This document shows, in pieces, positions 1 through 8,069 of a stretch of DNA of 21,383 bases. The stretch lies in UHGV virus genome UHGV-0126007. The stretch is one strand, 5' to 3'. The notes below the pieces were generated by a model. It was not told the origin of the DNA and searched no databases. It saw only the letters and a list, made by a program, of their open reading frames with translations. Made by a program: the position numbers and the translations under genes. Source of the DNA: a virus. Positions within the stretch are counted from its first letter, which is position 1. Every line of letters begins with the position of its first letter.

Positions 1-29
1 AGGTTGCTCCGGGCTATGAAATAGAAAAA

Positions 30-134
30 TGAATCCGTTGAAGCCTGCTTTTTTATACTAAGTTGGCATTATAAAAAAGCATTGCTTATCAATTTGTTGC
101 AACGAACAGGTCACTATCAGTCAAAATAAAATCA
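30..134. other. attL: Prophage left attachment site attL (bacterial B arm - core - phage P' arm); 15-bp lambda core GCTTTTTTATACTAA at 47-61
   Basis: Exact lambda att core. Left flank CCGTTGAAGCCT matches the bacterial attB arm rather than lambda P arm; right flank GTTGGCATTATAAAAAAGCATTGCTTATCAATTTGTTGCAACGAACAGG is the lambda P' arm. int lies immediately adjacent. Confidence 0.85.
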
Positions 135-1205
135 TTATTTGATTTCAATTTTGTCCCACTCCCTGCCTCTGTCATCACGATACTGTGATGCCATGGTGTC
201 CGACTTATGCCCGAGAAGATGTTGAGCAAACTTATCGCTTATCTGCTTCTCATAGAGTCTTGCAGACAAACTGCGCAACTCGTGAAAGGTAGGCGGATCC
301 CCTTCGAAGGAAAGACCTGATGCTTTTCGTGCGCGCATAAAATACCTTGATACTGTGCCGGATGAAAGCGGTTCACGACGAGTAGATGCAATTATGGTTT
401 CTCCGCCAAGAATCTCTTTGCATTTATCAAGTGTTTCCTTCATTGATATCCCGAGAGCATCAACATGCAATGTTGTTGGGATGGCAATTTTTACGCCTGT
501 TTTGCTTTGCTCGACATAAAGATATCCATCTACGATATCAGACCACTTCATTTCGCATAAATCACCAACTCGTTGCCCGGTAACAACAGCCAGTTCCATT
601 GCAAGTCTGAGCCAACATGGTGATGATTCTGCTGCTTGATAAATTTTCAGGTATTCGTCAGCCGTAAGTCTTGATCTCCTTACCTCTGATTTTGCTGCGC
701 GAGTGGCAGCGACAGGGTTTGTTGTTATATGGCCTTCAGCTATTGCCTCTCGGAATGCATCGCTCAGTGTTGATCTGATTAACTTGGCTGACGCCGCCTT
801 GCCCTCGTCTATGTATCCATTGAGCATTGCCGCAATTTCTTTTGTGGTGATGTCTTCAAGTGGAGCATCAGGCAGACCCCTCCTTATTGCTTTAATTTTG
901 CTCATGTAATTTATGAGTGTCTTCTGCTTGATTCCTCTGCTGGCCAGGATTTTTTCGTAGCGATCAAGCCATGAATGTAACGTAACGGAATTATCACTGT
1001 TGATTCTCGCTGTCAGAGGCTTGTGTTTGTGTCCTGAAAATAACTCAATGTTGGCCTGTATAGCTTCAGTGATTGCGATTCGCCTGTCTCTGCCTAATCC
1101 AAACTCTTTACCCGTCCTTGGGTCCCTGTAGCAGTAATATCCATTGTTTCTTATATAAAGGTTAGGGGGTAAATCCCGGCGCTCATGACTTCGCCTTCTT
1201 CCCAT
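135..1205 (-). CDS. int: Phage lambda integrase (tyrosine recombinase), 356 aa
   Basis: Translation MGRRRSHERRDLPPNLYIRNNGYYCYRDPRTGKEFGLGRDRR...HLLGHKSDTMASQYRDDRGREWDKIEIK is essentially lambda Int from recall; adjacent to attL and overlapped by xis. Confidence 0.97.
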   Translation of the reverse strand: MGRRRSHERRDLPPNLYIRNNGYYCYRDPRTGKEFGLGRDRRIAITEAIQANIELFSGHKHKPLTARINSDNSVTLHSWLDRYEKILASRGIKQKTLINYMSKIKAIRRGLPDAPLEDITTKEIAAMLNGYIDEGKAASAKLIRSTLSDAFREAIAEGHITTNPVAATRAAKSEVRRSRLTADEYLKIYQAAESSPCWLRLAMELAVVTGQRVGDLCEMKWSDIVDGYLYVEQSKTGVKIAIPTTLHVDALGISMKETLDKCKEILGGETIIASTRREPLSSGTVSRYFMRARKASGLSFEGDPPTFHELRSLSARLYEKQISDKFAQHLLGHKSDTMASQYRDDRGREWDKIEIK

Positions 1206-1401
1206 TTCTGATCCTCTTCAAAAGGCTACCTGTTACTGGTCGATTTAAGTCAACCTTTACCGCTGATTCGTGGAACAGATACTCTCTTCCATCCTTAACC
1301 GGAGGAGGGAATATCCTGCACTCGCGTACCCATCGACGAACTGTTTCAAGGCTTCTTGGGCGTCGCTGGCGTGCGTTCCACTCCTGAAGTGTCAAGTACA
1401 T
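1183..1401 (-). CDS. xis: Phage lambda excisionase, 72 aa
   Basis: MYLTLQEWNARQRRPRSLETVRRWVRECRIFPPPVKDGREYLFHESAVKVDLNRPVTGSLLKRIRNGKKAKS matches lambda Xis; 3' end overlaps int start as in lambda. Confidence 0.96.
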   Translation of the reverse strand: MYLTLQEWNARQRRPRSLETVRRWVRECRIFPPPVKDGREYLFHESAVKVDLNRPVTGSLLKRIRNGKKAKS

Positions 1402-1427
1402 CGCAAAGTCTCCGCAATTACACGCAA

Positions 1428-1448
1428 GAAAAAACCGCCATCAGGCGG
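1428..1448 (-). terminator. Rho-independent terminator-like hairpin upstream of xis on the leftward transcript (tL3-like position)
   Basis: Stem CCGCC / GGCGG (1435-1448) with a 4-nt loop; on the minus strand it is followed by a run of U (plus-strand A-run 1428-1434). Confidence 0.5.
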
Positions 1449-1696
1449 CTTGGTGTTCTTTCAGTTCTTCAATTCGAATATTGGTTATGTCTGCATGTGC
1501 TATCTGCGCCCATATCATCCAGTGGTCGTAGCAGTCGTTGATGTTCTCCGCTTCGATAACTCTGTTGAATGGCTCTCCATTCCATTCTCCTGTGACTCGG
1601 AAGTGCATTTATCATCTCCATAAAACAAAACCCGCCGTAGCGAGTTCAGATAAAATAAATCCCCGCGAGTGCGAGGATAGTTACTTGTTCATATTA

Positions 1697-1996
1697 TTAA
1701 TCGTCAATGTATTTTGAGCATTGTGGGCAATCATCGATCCCACAATACGATTCATATGCATCCTTTATTGCGTCGCGGGCTTCAGTAAGAGTATTGAATA
1801 AGTTGCAGCTATTATCTTTTTGATATAGGTAAGTTCCTAATTTATAAGCAGAAGAAGCATCATTTCCGCTGTCTAAAATTACATCGTTATGGATTCTGCA
1901 CCTTGCAAGAACTCCTGATCCCATAAGGGTCTGCATAGCCCATTGCTCTTGATCTTCACACAAATCATGAATGCTCATTTCAACACCTCTCTTCAC
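1697..1996 (-). CDS. Ea8.5-like small Cys/His-rich protein; true start may be the internal Met (MSIHDL...)
   Basis: ORF in the lambda ea8.5 position between xis and the accessory genes; N-terminal MSIHDLCEDQEQWAMQTLMGSGVLARCRIH and C-terminal CGIDDCPQC resemble lambda Ea8.5 from recall (not verified). Confidence 0.45.
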   Translation of the reverse strand: MKRGVEMSIHDLCEDQEQWAMQTLMGSGVLARCRIHNDVILDSGNDASSAYKLGTYLYQKDNSCNLFNTLTEARDAIKDAYESYCGIDDCPQCSKYIDD

Positions 1997-2092
1997 GTTT
2001 CACACACGTTAAGATTAACAGTGTTTTTACATGCTTTGGGAGATTTATTTTATAAAAACTCTTTTAATACAAATAGATATAATAGTTCACTA

Positions 2093-2890
2093 TTATAGCT
2101 CCTTTAATCGAGGCGGTTCTGGTAGAGGCATCCAGTGGGTTACACCGCCAATTGGCTCATCGTCGTCGTACTCCAATGCGGCTATATAGAACCCGTCACG
2201 ACGAGAATAAGAAATCCCGGACATTACAATGCCATCCGAAACAACAATAATGTCACCCGTTTCTTTCGGCATTCGCTCACTACAGCTTATCCAACCATCC
2301 GGAGTCACCGGAAGCGAGAACGGCAGCACATCTCTGTGAACAAGTTTTTGCTGTGACAGGTTATCCAGAACTTTCTGTACTGCTGCATCACCGAATACAC
2401 CAAGCGCATCTGCCATAACTCCTACAACCTGATAAGCCTCAGCGCATACCGTGGATAAACCATCCGGAATTACCGGAGAGTTGCCGGGTTCTTTAATGTG
2501 CAAGCGAGGCTCACCATCTTTTGGTTCAGGCCACTGGCGCTCCATGTTGATCTTCAATTTATCTTCCATAGCAGCGGTAATTTCAGCATCGCTGATGCCA
2601 GCACGGCGCTGTGCATCCCACAACAGGAAATGCATATCAGCCCACTCGCTGAGATCGTCTGGTTCGGCTGCGGCTTCCAGAGCCTCTTTTGAGAGGTGTT
2701 TCAGTGGACCAATGGGGCCAACGCAGCCAAATGTGGAGTCAGACCATTTGGCATGCTCGTGGCGAATCAGTTCGCGTTCCAGTGATGCCAGTGCAATTCG
2801 TGCCAGTTCCATTTGTTCGCCACGAGTAAGCCCGTTTTCAAGCGGATTTTTAATGAACAATTCAATACGTTCTTTGGTAATAGTGGTCAT
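2093..2890 (-). CDS. Lambdoid accessory protein: MazG-like dNTP pyrophosphohydrolase-type region (DUF550-like) plus C-terminal DUF551-like domain
   Basis: Segment LSEWADMHFLLWDAQRRAGISDAEITAAMEDKLKINMERQW resembles the MazG-type NTP-PPase helix pair; C-terminus PDGWISCSERMPKE...VTHWMPLPEPP resembles DUF551 proteins common in lambdoid prophages. Family assignment from memory. Confidence 0.45.
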   Translation of the reverse strand: MTTITKERIELFIKNPLENGLTRGEQMELARIALASLERELIRHEHAKWSDSTFGCVGPIGPLKHLSKEALEAAAEPDDLSEWADMHFLLWDAQRRAGISDAEITAAMEDKLKINMERQWPEPKDGEPRLHIKEPGNSPVIPDGLSTVCAEAYQVVGVMADALGVFGDAAVQKVLDNLSQQKLVHRDVLPFSLPVTPDGWISCSERMPKETGDIIVVSDGIVMSGISYSRRDGFYIAALEYDDDEPIGGVTHWMPLPEPPRLKEL

Positions 2891-2900
2891 TTGTTAGTCC

Positions 2901-3698
2901 TTAAACTGCTAGTTGCAATTGCATTTCAAAGCGGTCGCGTTGTTCACAATACGCAAGAGAACCAGGGCTATTGTGTGCCTCAATCCGTTCTACCATTAAT
3001 GCTGCGCGTGTCTCTTTACTTGCAGGTGCATAAGCCCCAGACCAGGCTTTATCAATACCGATGTTTCGAGCGACGTTCGTACTATCTGCGCTGGCTAAGG
3101 GTAATTTTGTGAATATCAGCGGATTTAACATGCGCAATCCATGTAGTTTCGTAACCGGCTGACCATGCCCATCAACAATGTGACGAATCAGGTCTTTCAT
3201 TCTGGCTACCGCAAGAGTTGGGCGCTTTACGTCATAGTCGCCACAACTACCGATAGCCACTCGCGGAAACTCATTGCACAAATGAATAAATCGCGCGTCA
3301 CTTTCATTCATGTGCCACACTGGAACGCCAGCTAGTTTTCCGTGAGGCCACTCATTCAGAAGCGCATCATTTTCCTCCTCTCCGCCATCAATAATATCCG
3401 GGATAATGGCAAAATCGAATCCTGGGTGATTCTTCCAGCGAGCAACAAACTCGTAGTAATCGCTCCAGTCGATTTTGTTTTTGCCAGCTGCTTTCCAGGC
3501 GGTGAATGCACCGTTGTCCAGCGCGAACGACTGACAGTATTCAGCCGCGAGATTGATCTGGCCTGAATGCGCAAAACTGATAAACGCATGTCGCCCTTTC
3601 CATGCTCTCATTGCGCACGTATCAGGAGTAATAGGCCCACCGTGGTAGTGAATCATCTCACTCTCCTTTGATGCGAATGCCAGTAGCGCGGATTGCAT
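2901..3698 (-). CDS. TGT-fold protein (tRNA-guanine transglycosylase superfamily); candidate DpdA-like DNA 7-deazaguanine transglycosylase
   Basis: 265-aa ORF with FALDNGAF (compare TGT substrate-pocket motif DSGGFQ) and ADSTNVARNIG (compare TGT DCVLPTRSGRNG around the catalytic Asp). Sits in the accessory region of the PL operon. Confidence 0.4.
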   Translation of the reverse strand: MQSALLAFASKESEMIHYHGGPITPDTCAMRAWKGRHAFISFAHSGQINLAAEYCQSFALDNGAFTAWKAAGKNKIDWSDYYEFVARWKNHPGFDFAIIPDIIDGGEEENDALLNEWPHGKLAGVPVWHMNESDARFIHLCNEFPRVAIGSCGDYDVKRPTLAVARMKDLIRHIVDGHGQPVTKLHGLRMLNPLIFTKLPLASADSTNVARNIGIDKAWSGAYAPASKETRAALMVERIEAHNSPGSLAYCEQRDRFEMQLQLAV

Positions 3699-4065
3699 CG
3701 ATGACTTCAGAAACTTTGTATGCCATTACCGTTTGGTAATCATCGTGAAAATCTGTTCGATGAAGCATGCTGCTACGTTCCGGGAGCAGTATTTCCCGCG
3801 CTTCCAGTTCTGCAATGCGCTTTTTTGCTGCTTCCAGTTCATCCAGTAATTCCAGCACGGTAGCCGGATTAGCCTTGGCAACAAAATCCCGGACTGGCTT
3901 ACAATCAATCTCCGCAATGGGTTGATACGATGTGTAGCCATGCTGTCTTGTATAACTACCGTGACGAATAACGAAAAAATCACCATTTATTTTTTTAGCC
4001 TGCCACTTATCTTCACCGGCTTTCTCTGCCGCTTCACGCAGTGCCTGAGAGTTAATTTCGCTCAC
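3658..4065 (-). CDS. Ead/Ea22-like family protein (coiled-coil), 135 aa
   Basis: Contains ANPATVLELLDELEAAKKRIAELEA; the same motif (ANPATVLALLDELEAKDQRIAVL) occurs in the plus-strand paralogue at 12474-12887. 3' end overlaps the next ORF. Confidence 0.5.
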   Translation of the reverse strand: MSEINSQALREAAEKAGEDKWQAKKINGDFFVIRHGSYTRQHGYTSYQPIAEIDCKPVRDFVAKANPATVLELLDELEAAKKRIAELEAREILLPERSSMLHRTDFHDDYQTVMAYKVSEVIDAIRATGIRIKGE

Positions 4066-4283
4066 TTCGAACCTCTCTGTTTACTGATAAGCTCCAGATC
4101 CTCCTGGCAACTTGCACAAGTCCGACAACCCTGAACGACCAGGCGTCTTCGTTCATCTATCGGATCGCCACACTCACAACAATGAGTGGCAGATACAGTC
4201 TGGTAGTTCAGACGACGCATTTTTATTGCTGTGTTGCGCTGTAATTCTTCAATTTCTGATGCTGAATCAATGATGTCTGCCAT
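4062..4283 (-). CDS. TraR/DksA-family C4 zinc-finger protein, 73 aa
   Basis: Four Cys in two pairs (CCECGDPI ... CRTCASC) at the C-terminus after a short helical N-terminus; typical small TraR-like phage protein. Confidence 0.55.
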   Translation of the reverse strand: MADIIDSASEIEELQRNTAIKMRRLNYQTVSATHCCECGDPIDERRRLVVQGCRTCASCQEDLELISKQRGSK

Positions 4284-4381
4284 CTTCCATTAATCCCTGA
4301 ATTGTTGGTTAATACGCTTGAGGGTGAATGCGAATAATAAAAAAGGAGCCTGTAGCTCCCTGATGATTTTGCTTTTCATGT

Positions 4382-4663
4382 TCATCGTTCCTTAAAGACG
4401 CCGTTTAACATGCCGATTGCCAGGCTTAAATGAGTCGGTGTGAATCCCATCAGCGTTACCGTTTCGCGGTGCTTCTTCAGTACGCTACGGCAAATGTCAT
4501 CGACGTTTTTATCCGGAAACTGCTGTCTGGCTTTTTTGATTTCAGAATTAGCCTGACGGGCAATGCTGCGAAGGGCGTTTTCCTGCTGAGGTGTCATTGA
4601 ACAAGTCCCATGTCGGCAAGCATAAGCACACAGAATATGAAGCCCGCTGCCAGAAAAATGCAT
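4382..4663 (-). CDS. Hypothetical protein (likely starts at internal Met, MTPQQENALRSIARQ...)
   Basis: ORF on the leftward early transcript between the TraR-like gene and exo; no recognisable family. Confidence 0.4.
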   Translation of the reverse strand: MHFSGSGLHILCAYACRHGTCSMTPQQENALRSIARQANSEIKKARQQFPDKNVDDICRSVLKKHRETVTLMGFTPTHLSLAIGMLNGVFKER

Positions 4664-4673
4664 TCAGTGGTTG

Positions 4674-5027
4674 TCATACCTGGTCTCTCTCATCTGCTTC
4701 TGCTTTCGCCACCATCATTTCCAGCTTTTGTGAAAGGGATGCGGCTAACGTGTGAAATTCTTCGTCTGTTTCTACTGGTATTGGCACAAACCTGACTCCA
4801 ATTTGAGCGAGGCTATGTGCCATCTCGATACTCGTTCTTAACTCAACGGGAGATGCTTTGTGCATACAGCCCCCCCATTTATTATTTATCTCCTCAGCCA
4901 GCCGCTGTGCTTTCAGGGGATTTCGGATTACAGAAAGGCCGGGAAATACCCAGCCTCGCTTTGTAACGGAGTAGACGAAAGTGATTGCGCCTACCCGGAT
5001 ATTATCGTGAGGATGCGTCATCGCCAT
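4674..5027 (-). CDS. Hypothetical protein, 117 aa
   Basis: ORF immediately downstream of exo on the minus strand, overlapping the exo 3' end by about 10 nt; no recognisable family. Confidence 0.45.
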   Translation of the reverse strand: MAMTHPHDNIRVGAITFVYSVTKRGWVFPGLSVIRNPLKAQRLAEEINNKWGGCMHKASPVELRTSIEMAHSLAQIGVRFVPIPVETDEEFHTLAASLSQKLEMMVAKAEADERDQV

Positions 5028-5698
5028 TGCTCCCCAAATACAAAACCAATTTCAGCCAGTGCCTCGTCCATTTTTTCGATGAACTCCGGCACCATCTCGT
5101 CAAAACTCGCCATGTACTTTTCATTCCGCTCAATCACGACATAATGCAGGCCTTCACGCTTCATGCGCGGGTCATAGTTGGCAAAGTACCAGGCATCTTT
5201 TCGCGTCACCCACATGCTGTACTGCACCTGGGCCATGTAAGCCGATTTTATTGCCTCGAAACCACCGAGCCGGAATTTCATGAAATCCCGGGAGGTAAAC
5301 GGGCATTTCAGTTCAAGGCCGTTGCCGTCACTGCATAAACCATCGGGAGAGCAGGCGGTGCGCATATTTTCGTCGCGATAGATGATCGGGGATTCAGTAA
5401 TATTCACGCCGGAAGTGAATTCAAACAGGGTTCTGGCGTCGTTCTCGTACTGTTTTCCCCAGGCCAGCGCCTTAGCATTAACTTCCGGAGCCACACCGGT
5501 GCAAACCTCAGCCAGCAGGGTGTGGAAGTAGGACATTTTCATGTCAGGCCACTTCTTTCCTGAGCGGGGCTTTGCTATCACGTTGTGAACTTCTGAAGCG
5601 GTGATGACGCCGAGCCGTAATTTGTGCCATGCATCATCCCCCTGTTCGACAGCTCTCACGTCGATCCCGGTACGCTGCAGGATAATGTCCGGTGTCAT
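5018..5698 (-). CDS. exo: Lambda exonuclease (Red-alpha), 226 aa
   Basis: [65 protein letters not shown]...[11 protein letters not shown] matches lambda Exo in sequence and length; start overlaps bet stop. Confidence 0.96.
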   Translation of the reverse strand: MTPDIILQRTGIDVRAVEQGDDAWHKLRLGVITASEVHNVIAKPRSGKKWPDMKMSYFHTLLAEVCTGVAPEVNAKALAWGKQYENDARTLFEFTSGVNITESPIIYRDENMRTACSPDGLCSDGNGLELKCPFTSRDFMKFRLGGFEAIKSAYMAQVQYSMWVTRKDAWYFANYDPRMKREGLHYVVIERNEKYMASFDEMVPEFIEKMDEALAEIGFVFGEQWR

Positions 5699-6480
5699 GC
5701 TGCCACCTTCTGCTCAGTGGCTTTCTGTTTCAGGAATCCAAGAGCTTTCACTGCTTCGGCCTGTGTCAGTTCTGACGATGCGCGAATGTCGCGGCGAAAT
5801 ATCTGGGAACAGAGCGGCAATAAGTCGTCATCCCATGTTTTATCCAGGGCGATCAGCAGAGTGTTAATCTCCTGCATGGTTTCATCGTTAACCGGAGTGA
5901 TGTCGCGTTCTGGCTGACGTTCTGCAGTGTATGCAGTATTTTCGACAATGCGCTCGGCTTCATCCTTGTCATAGATACCAGCAAATCCGAAGGCCAGACG
6001 GGCACACTGAATCATGGCTTTATGCCGTAACATCCGTTTGGGATGCGACTGCCACGGCCCCGTGATTTCTCTGCCTTCGCGAGTTTTGAATGGTTCGCGG
6101 CGGCATTCATCCATCCATTCGGTAACGCAGATCGGATGATTACGGTCCTTGCGGTAAATCCGGCATGTACATGATTCATTGTCCTGCTCAAAGTCCATGC
6201 CATCAAACTGCTGGTTTTCATTGATGATGCGGGACCAGCCATCAACGCCCACCACCGGAACGATGCCGTTCTGCTTATCAGGGAAGGCGTAAATTTCTTT
6301 CGTCCACGGATTAAGGCCGTACTGGTTGGCGACGATCAACAATGCGATGAACTGCGCATCGCTGGCATCACCTTTAAATGCCGTCTGACGAAGAGTGGTG
6401 ATCAGTTCCTGTGGGTCGACAGAATCCATGCCGACACGTTCAGCCAGCTTCCCAGCCAGCGTTGCGAGTGCAGTACTCAT
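5695..6480 (-). CDS. bet: Lambda Bet (Red-beta single-strand annealing protein), 261 aa
   Basis: [66 protein letters not shown]... matches lambda Bet. Confidence 0.96.
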   Translation of the reverse strand: MSTALATLAGKLAERVGMDSVDPQELITTLRQTAFKGDASDAQFIALLIVANQYGLNPWTKEIYAFPDKQNGIVPVVGVDGWSRIINENQQFDGMDFEQDNESCTCRIYRKDRNHPICVTEWMDECRREPFKTREGREITGPWQSHPKRMLRHKAMIQCARLAFGFAGIYDKDEAERIVENTAYTAERQPERDITPVNDETMQEINTLLIALDKTWDDDLLPLCSQIFRRDIRASSELTQAEAVKALGFLKQKATEQKVAA

Positions 6481-6485
6481 TCGTT

Positions 6486-6782
6486 TTATACCTCTGAATC
6501 AATATCAACCTGATGGTGAGCAATGGTTTCAACCATGTACCGGATGTGTTCCGCCATGCGCTCCTGAAACTCAACATCGTCATCAAATGCACGGGTAATG
6601 GCTTTTTTGCTGGCCCCGTGGCGTTGCAAATGATCGATGCATAGCGATTCAAACAGGTGCTGGGGCAGGCCTTTTTCCATGTCGTCTGCCAGTTCTGCCT
6701 CTTTCTCTTCATGGGCGATCTGCTGGTAGTGACGCGCCCAGCTCTGAGCCTCAAGACGATCCTGAATGTAATAAGCGTTCAT
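6486..6782 (-). CDS. gam: Lambda Gam (RecBCD inhibitor), short 98-aa GamS-length form only
   Basis: [98 protein letters not shown] matches the C-terminal 98 aa of lambda Gam. The ORF track shows the frame does not extend upstream to a GamL-type start. Confidence 0.9.
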   Translation of the reverse strand: MNAYYIQDRLEAQSWARHYQQIAHEEKEAELADDMEKGLPQHLFESLCIDHLQRHGASKKAITRAFDDDVEFQERMAEHIRYMVETIAHHQVDIDSEV

Positions 6783-6857
6783 GGCTGAACTCCTGAAAAT
6801 GGCTGTGAAAATATCGCCCGCGAAATGCCAGGCTGATTAGGTAAACAGGAAAGGGGA

Positions 6858-7148
6858 TTAGTGATTCAGACCGTTGCCGCGCCCGTCGAGAAAAACTTCC
6901 ACGAGCAAGTCACGGGTATAAGTGCGCTCGATGCCGCGATGCAGATAAAGCCGTCCGCGTAAATTAGCTGATGCAGTCCAGGTACCATCTTTGTGTTTGA
7001 CCAGCATTCCTGGCATGACCGCACCGCGATTAACGGTCTGCGTTCCGTAATGTTGATGAACCATAAAAACTCCTGCCCGTAAGCTGGGCTGCTGAACATA
7101 TAAAGACTTCTGCGCGTATTCAGGCGGTGGATGGCCGCCGGTTGTCAT
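6858..7148 (-). CDS. Hypothetical protein, 96 aa; first gene of the leftward early operon (kil/N position)
   Basis: First ORF downstream of the predicted PL; no arginine-rich motif, no similarity to N, Kil or cIII that I can recognise. Confidence 0.4.
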   Translation of the reverse strand: MTTGGHPPPEYAQKSLYVQQPSLRAGVFMVHQHYGTQTVNRGAVMPGMLVKHKDGTWTASANLRGRLYLHRGIERTYTRDLLVEVFLDGRGNGLNH

Positions 7149-7339
7149 AACTAAGCCGCCTCGTTGAAGCGACTAAGGTATGAAATGTTGAGTTGATTTC
7201 AGCTGGTCACACCGACGTTCACGCGTCCGTTTCATCCCTCGCACTACCCGAAGCCTGCTGAAATTCAAGCTGCGGATCTAAGCGGTCATCGCAACGGTGA
7301 AACAGGTGGTTACCGTATCGTTGTGTCGTTGCGATGAAT

Positions 7340-7420
7340 TTATTTAAAACTATAGTTGTTTTATCGTCAACAACAAAAGTTGTTTTATCGGTTGTTTTAA
7401 ATATAACTGGTTGTATTTAG
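7340..7420 (-). promoter_or_regulatory. PL promoter with OL operators (leftward early promoter)
   Basis: On the minus strand: -35 TTGACG (plus 7365-7370), 17-nt spacer, -10 TTAAAT (plus 7342-7347). Promoter and spacer are nearly identical to the predicted PR (TTGACT-17 nt-TAATCT). Flanked by repeated GTTGTTTTA / AACAAC half-sites similar to the OR half-site GGTTGTT. Confidence 0.6.
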
Positions 7421-7508
7421 GATGGATTTATTTTGTGACTTGCATCGCATAGCGATAACTGAAGTGAGGTCGTGGTGGTTTTTTGAACGGTGTGTGATGA
7501 GGGGAGGG

Positions 7509-7536
7509 CAAAATAAAACCCGGCACGGTGGCCGGG
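7509..7536 (-). terminator. Rho-independent terminator ending the cI-cargo operon (tImm-like)
   Basis: Stem CCCGGC / GCCGGG (7519-7536) with 6-nt loop; on the minus strand it is followed by UUUUAUUUUG. Sits downstream of the 147-aa gene and upstream of PL. Confidence 0.7.
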
Positions 7537-7613
7537 TTTAGATGATTGGTTAAGAGCGAGGGTAATGGGGAATGAAAAATCGCTTTACCTAATGCAAGGG
7601 TGCGAGCATTTTC

Positions 7614-8057
7614 TTAAGCACTAAAGAAAAAGTACATTGATAGCTTATAAAGTCCTGTTCCTGCAGCGATGATTGCTGGAACACCAAGCAATACCGCAAG
7701 CTTTGCGTCTGAAATCTTTCTATCGACAGCATCACTTGATGGCTTGTTTGTTAAGGATTCTTTTATAGAGTCCAGACGTGCAAGAATAGTTATCATATTT
7801 TTGTCGATAGCTTTAACGTCTGTTTTAAGTTCATCAACGTCTCGTTTGATATGAGCAACATCGGACTCCAGTTTTGCAACTTTTTCAGGCATGTTATCAC
7901 TCCCAGACCCACTGCTACCACTTGATTGTAGCATGTCCCATCTTTTTCCAGATATACCTGCTAGCTGGGAAGACGCACTGGAGTGCAAACAAAATGATTT
8001 TGCCGCCTTTGCAATTTTATCATTTAGGTTTGGAGCTTCGTAATAATCGTGTTTCAT
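7614..8057 (-). CDS. Tail-anchored coiled-coil membrane protein, 147 aa (rex-position cargo gene B)
   Basis: Gly/Ser-rich linker (SSGSSGSGSDN), heptad-like coiled coil (KVAKLESDVAHIKRDVDELKTDVKAIDKNMITILARLDSIKESL), C-terminal hydrophobic helix (LAVLLGVPAIIAAGTGLY). Architecture resembles XhlA-type phage membrane proteins (analogy only). AT-rich by eye. Confidence 0.5.
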   Translation of the reverse strand: MKHDYYEAPNLNDKIAKAAKSFCLHSSASSQLAGISGKRWDMLQSSGSSGSGSDNMPEKVAKLESDVAHIKRDVDELKTDVKAIDKNMITILARLDSIKESLTNKPSSDAVDRKISDAKLAVLLGVPAIIAAGTGLYKLSMYFFFSA

Positions 8058-8069
8058 AATTAATTACGA

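Noticed and set aside
386-1623. Plus-strand ORFs of 61-117 aa (386-583, 703-909, 1270-1623, 1356-1541) inside and around int/xis
   Set aside because: They lie antisense to the well-supported lambda int and xis genes or in the xis-ea8.5 spacer, and have no ribosome-binding sites or recognisable domains; most likely frame artefacts.
2135-3112. Plus-strand ORFs (2135-2356, 2451-2897, 2498-2692, 2813-3112) opposite the MazG-like and TGT-like genes
   Set aside because: Antisense to longer, motif-bearing minus-strand ORFs; low-complexity Ser/Ala-rich translations typical of reverse-frame artefacts.
6440-6754. 104-aa minus-strand ORF overlapping gam in another frame
   Set aside because: gam is confirmed by near-identity to lambda Gam; the overlapping frame yields a basic, low-complexity product with no support.
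7546-7556. boxA-like CGCTCTTAA on the minus strand just upstream of the tImm-like terminator
   Set aside because: It lies in the 3' untranslated end of the cI-cargo operon, immediately before a terminator and upstream of PL, so it cannot act on the PL transcript; probably a chance match to a short consensus.
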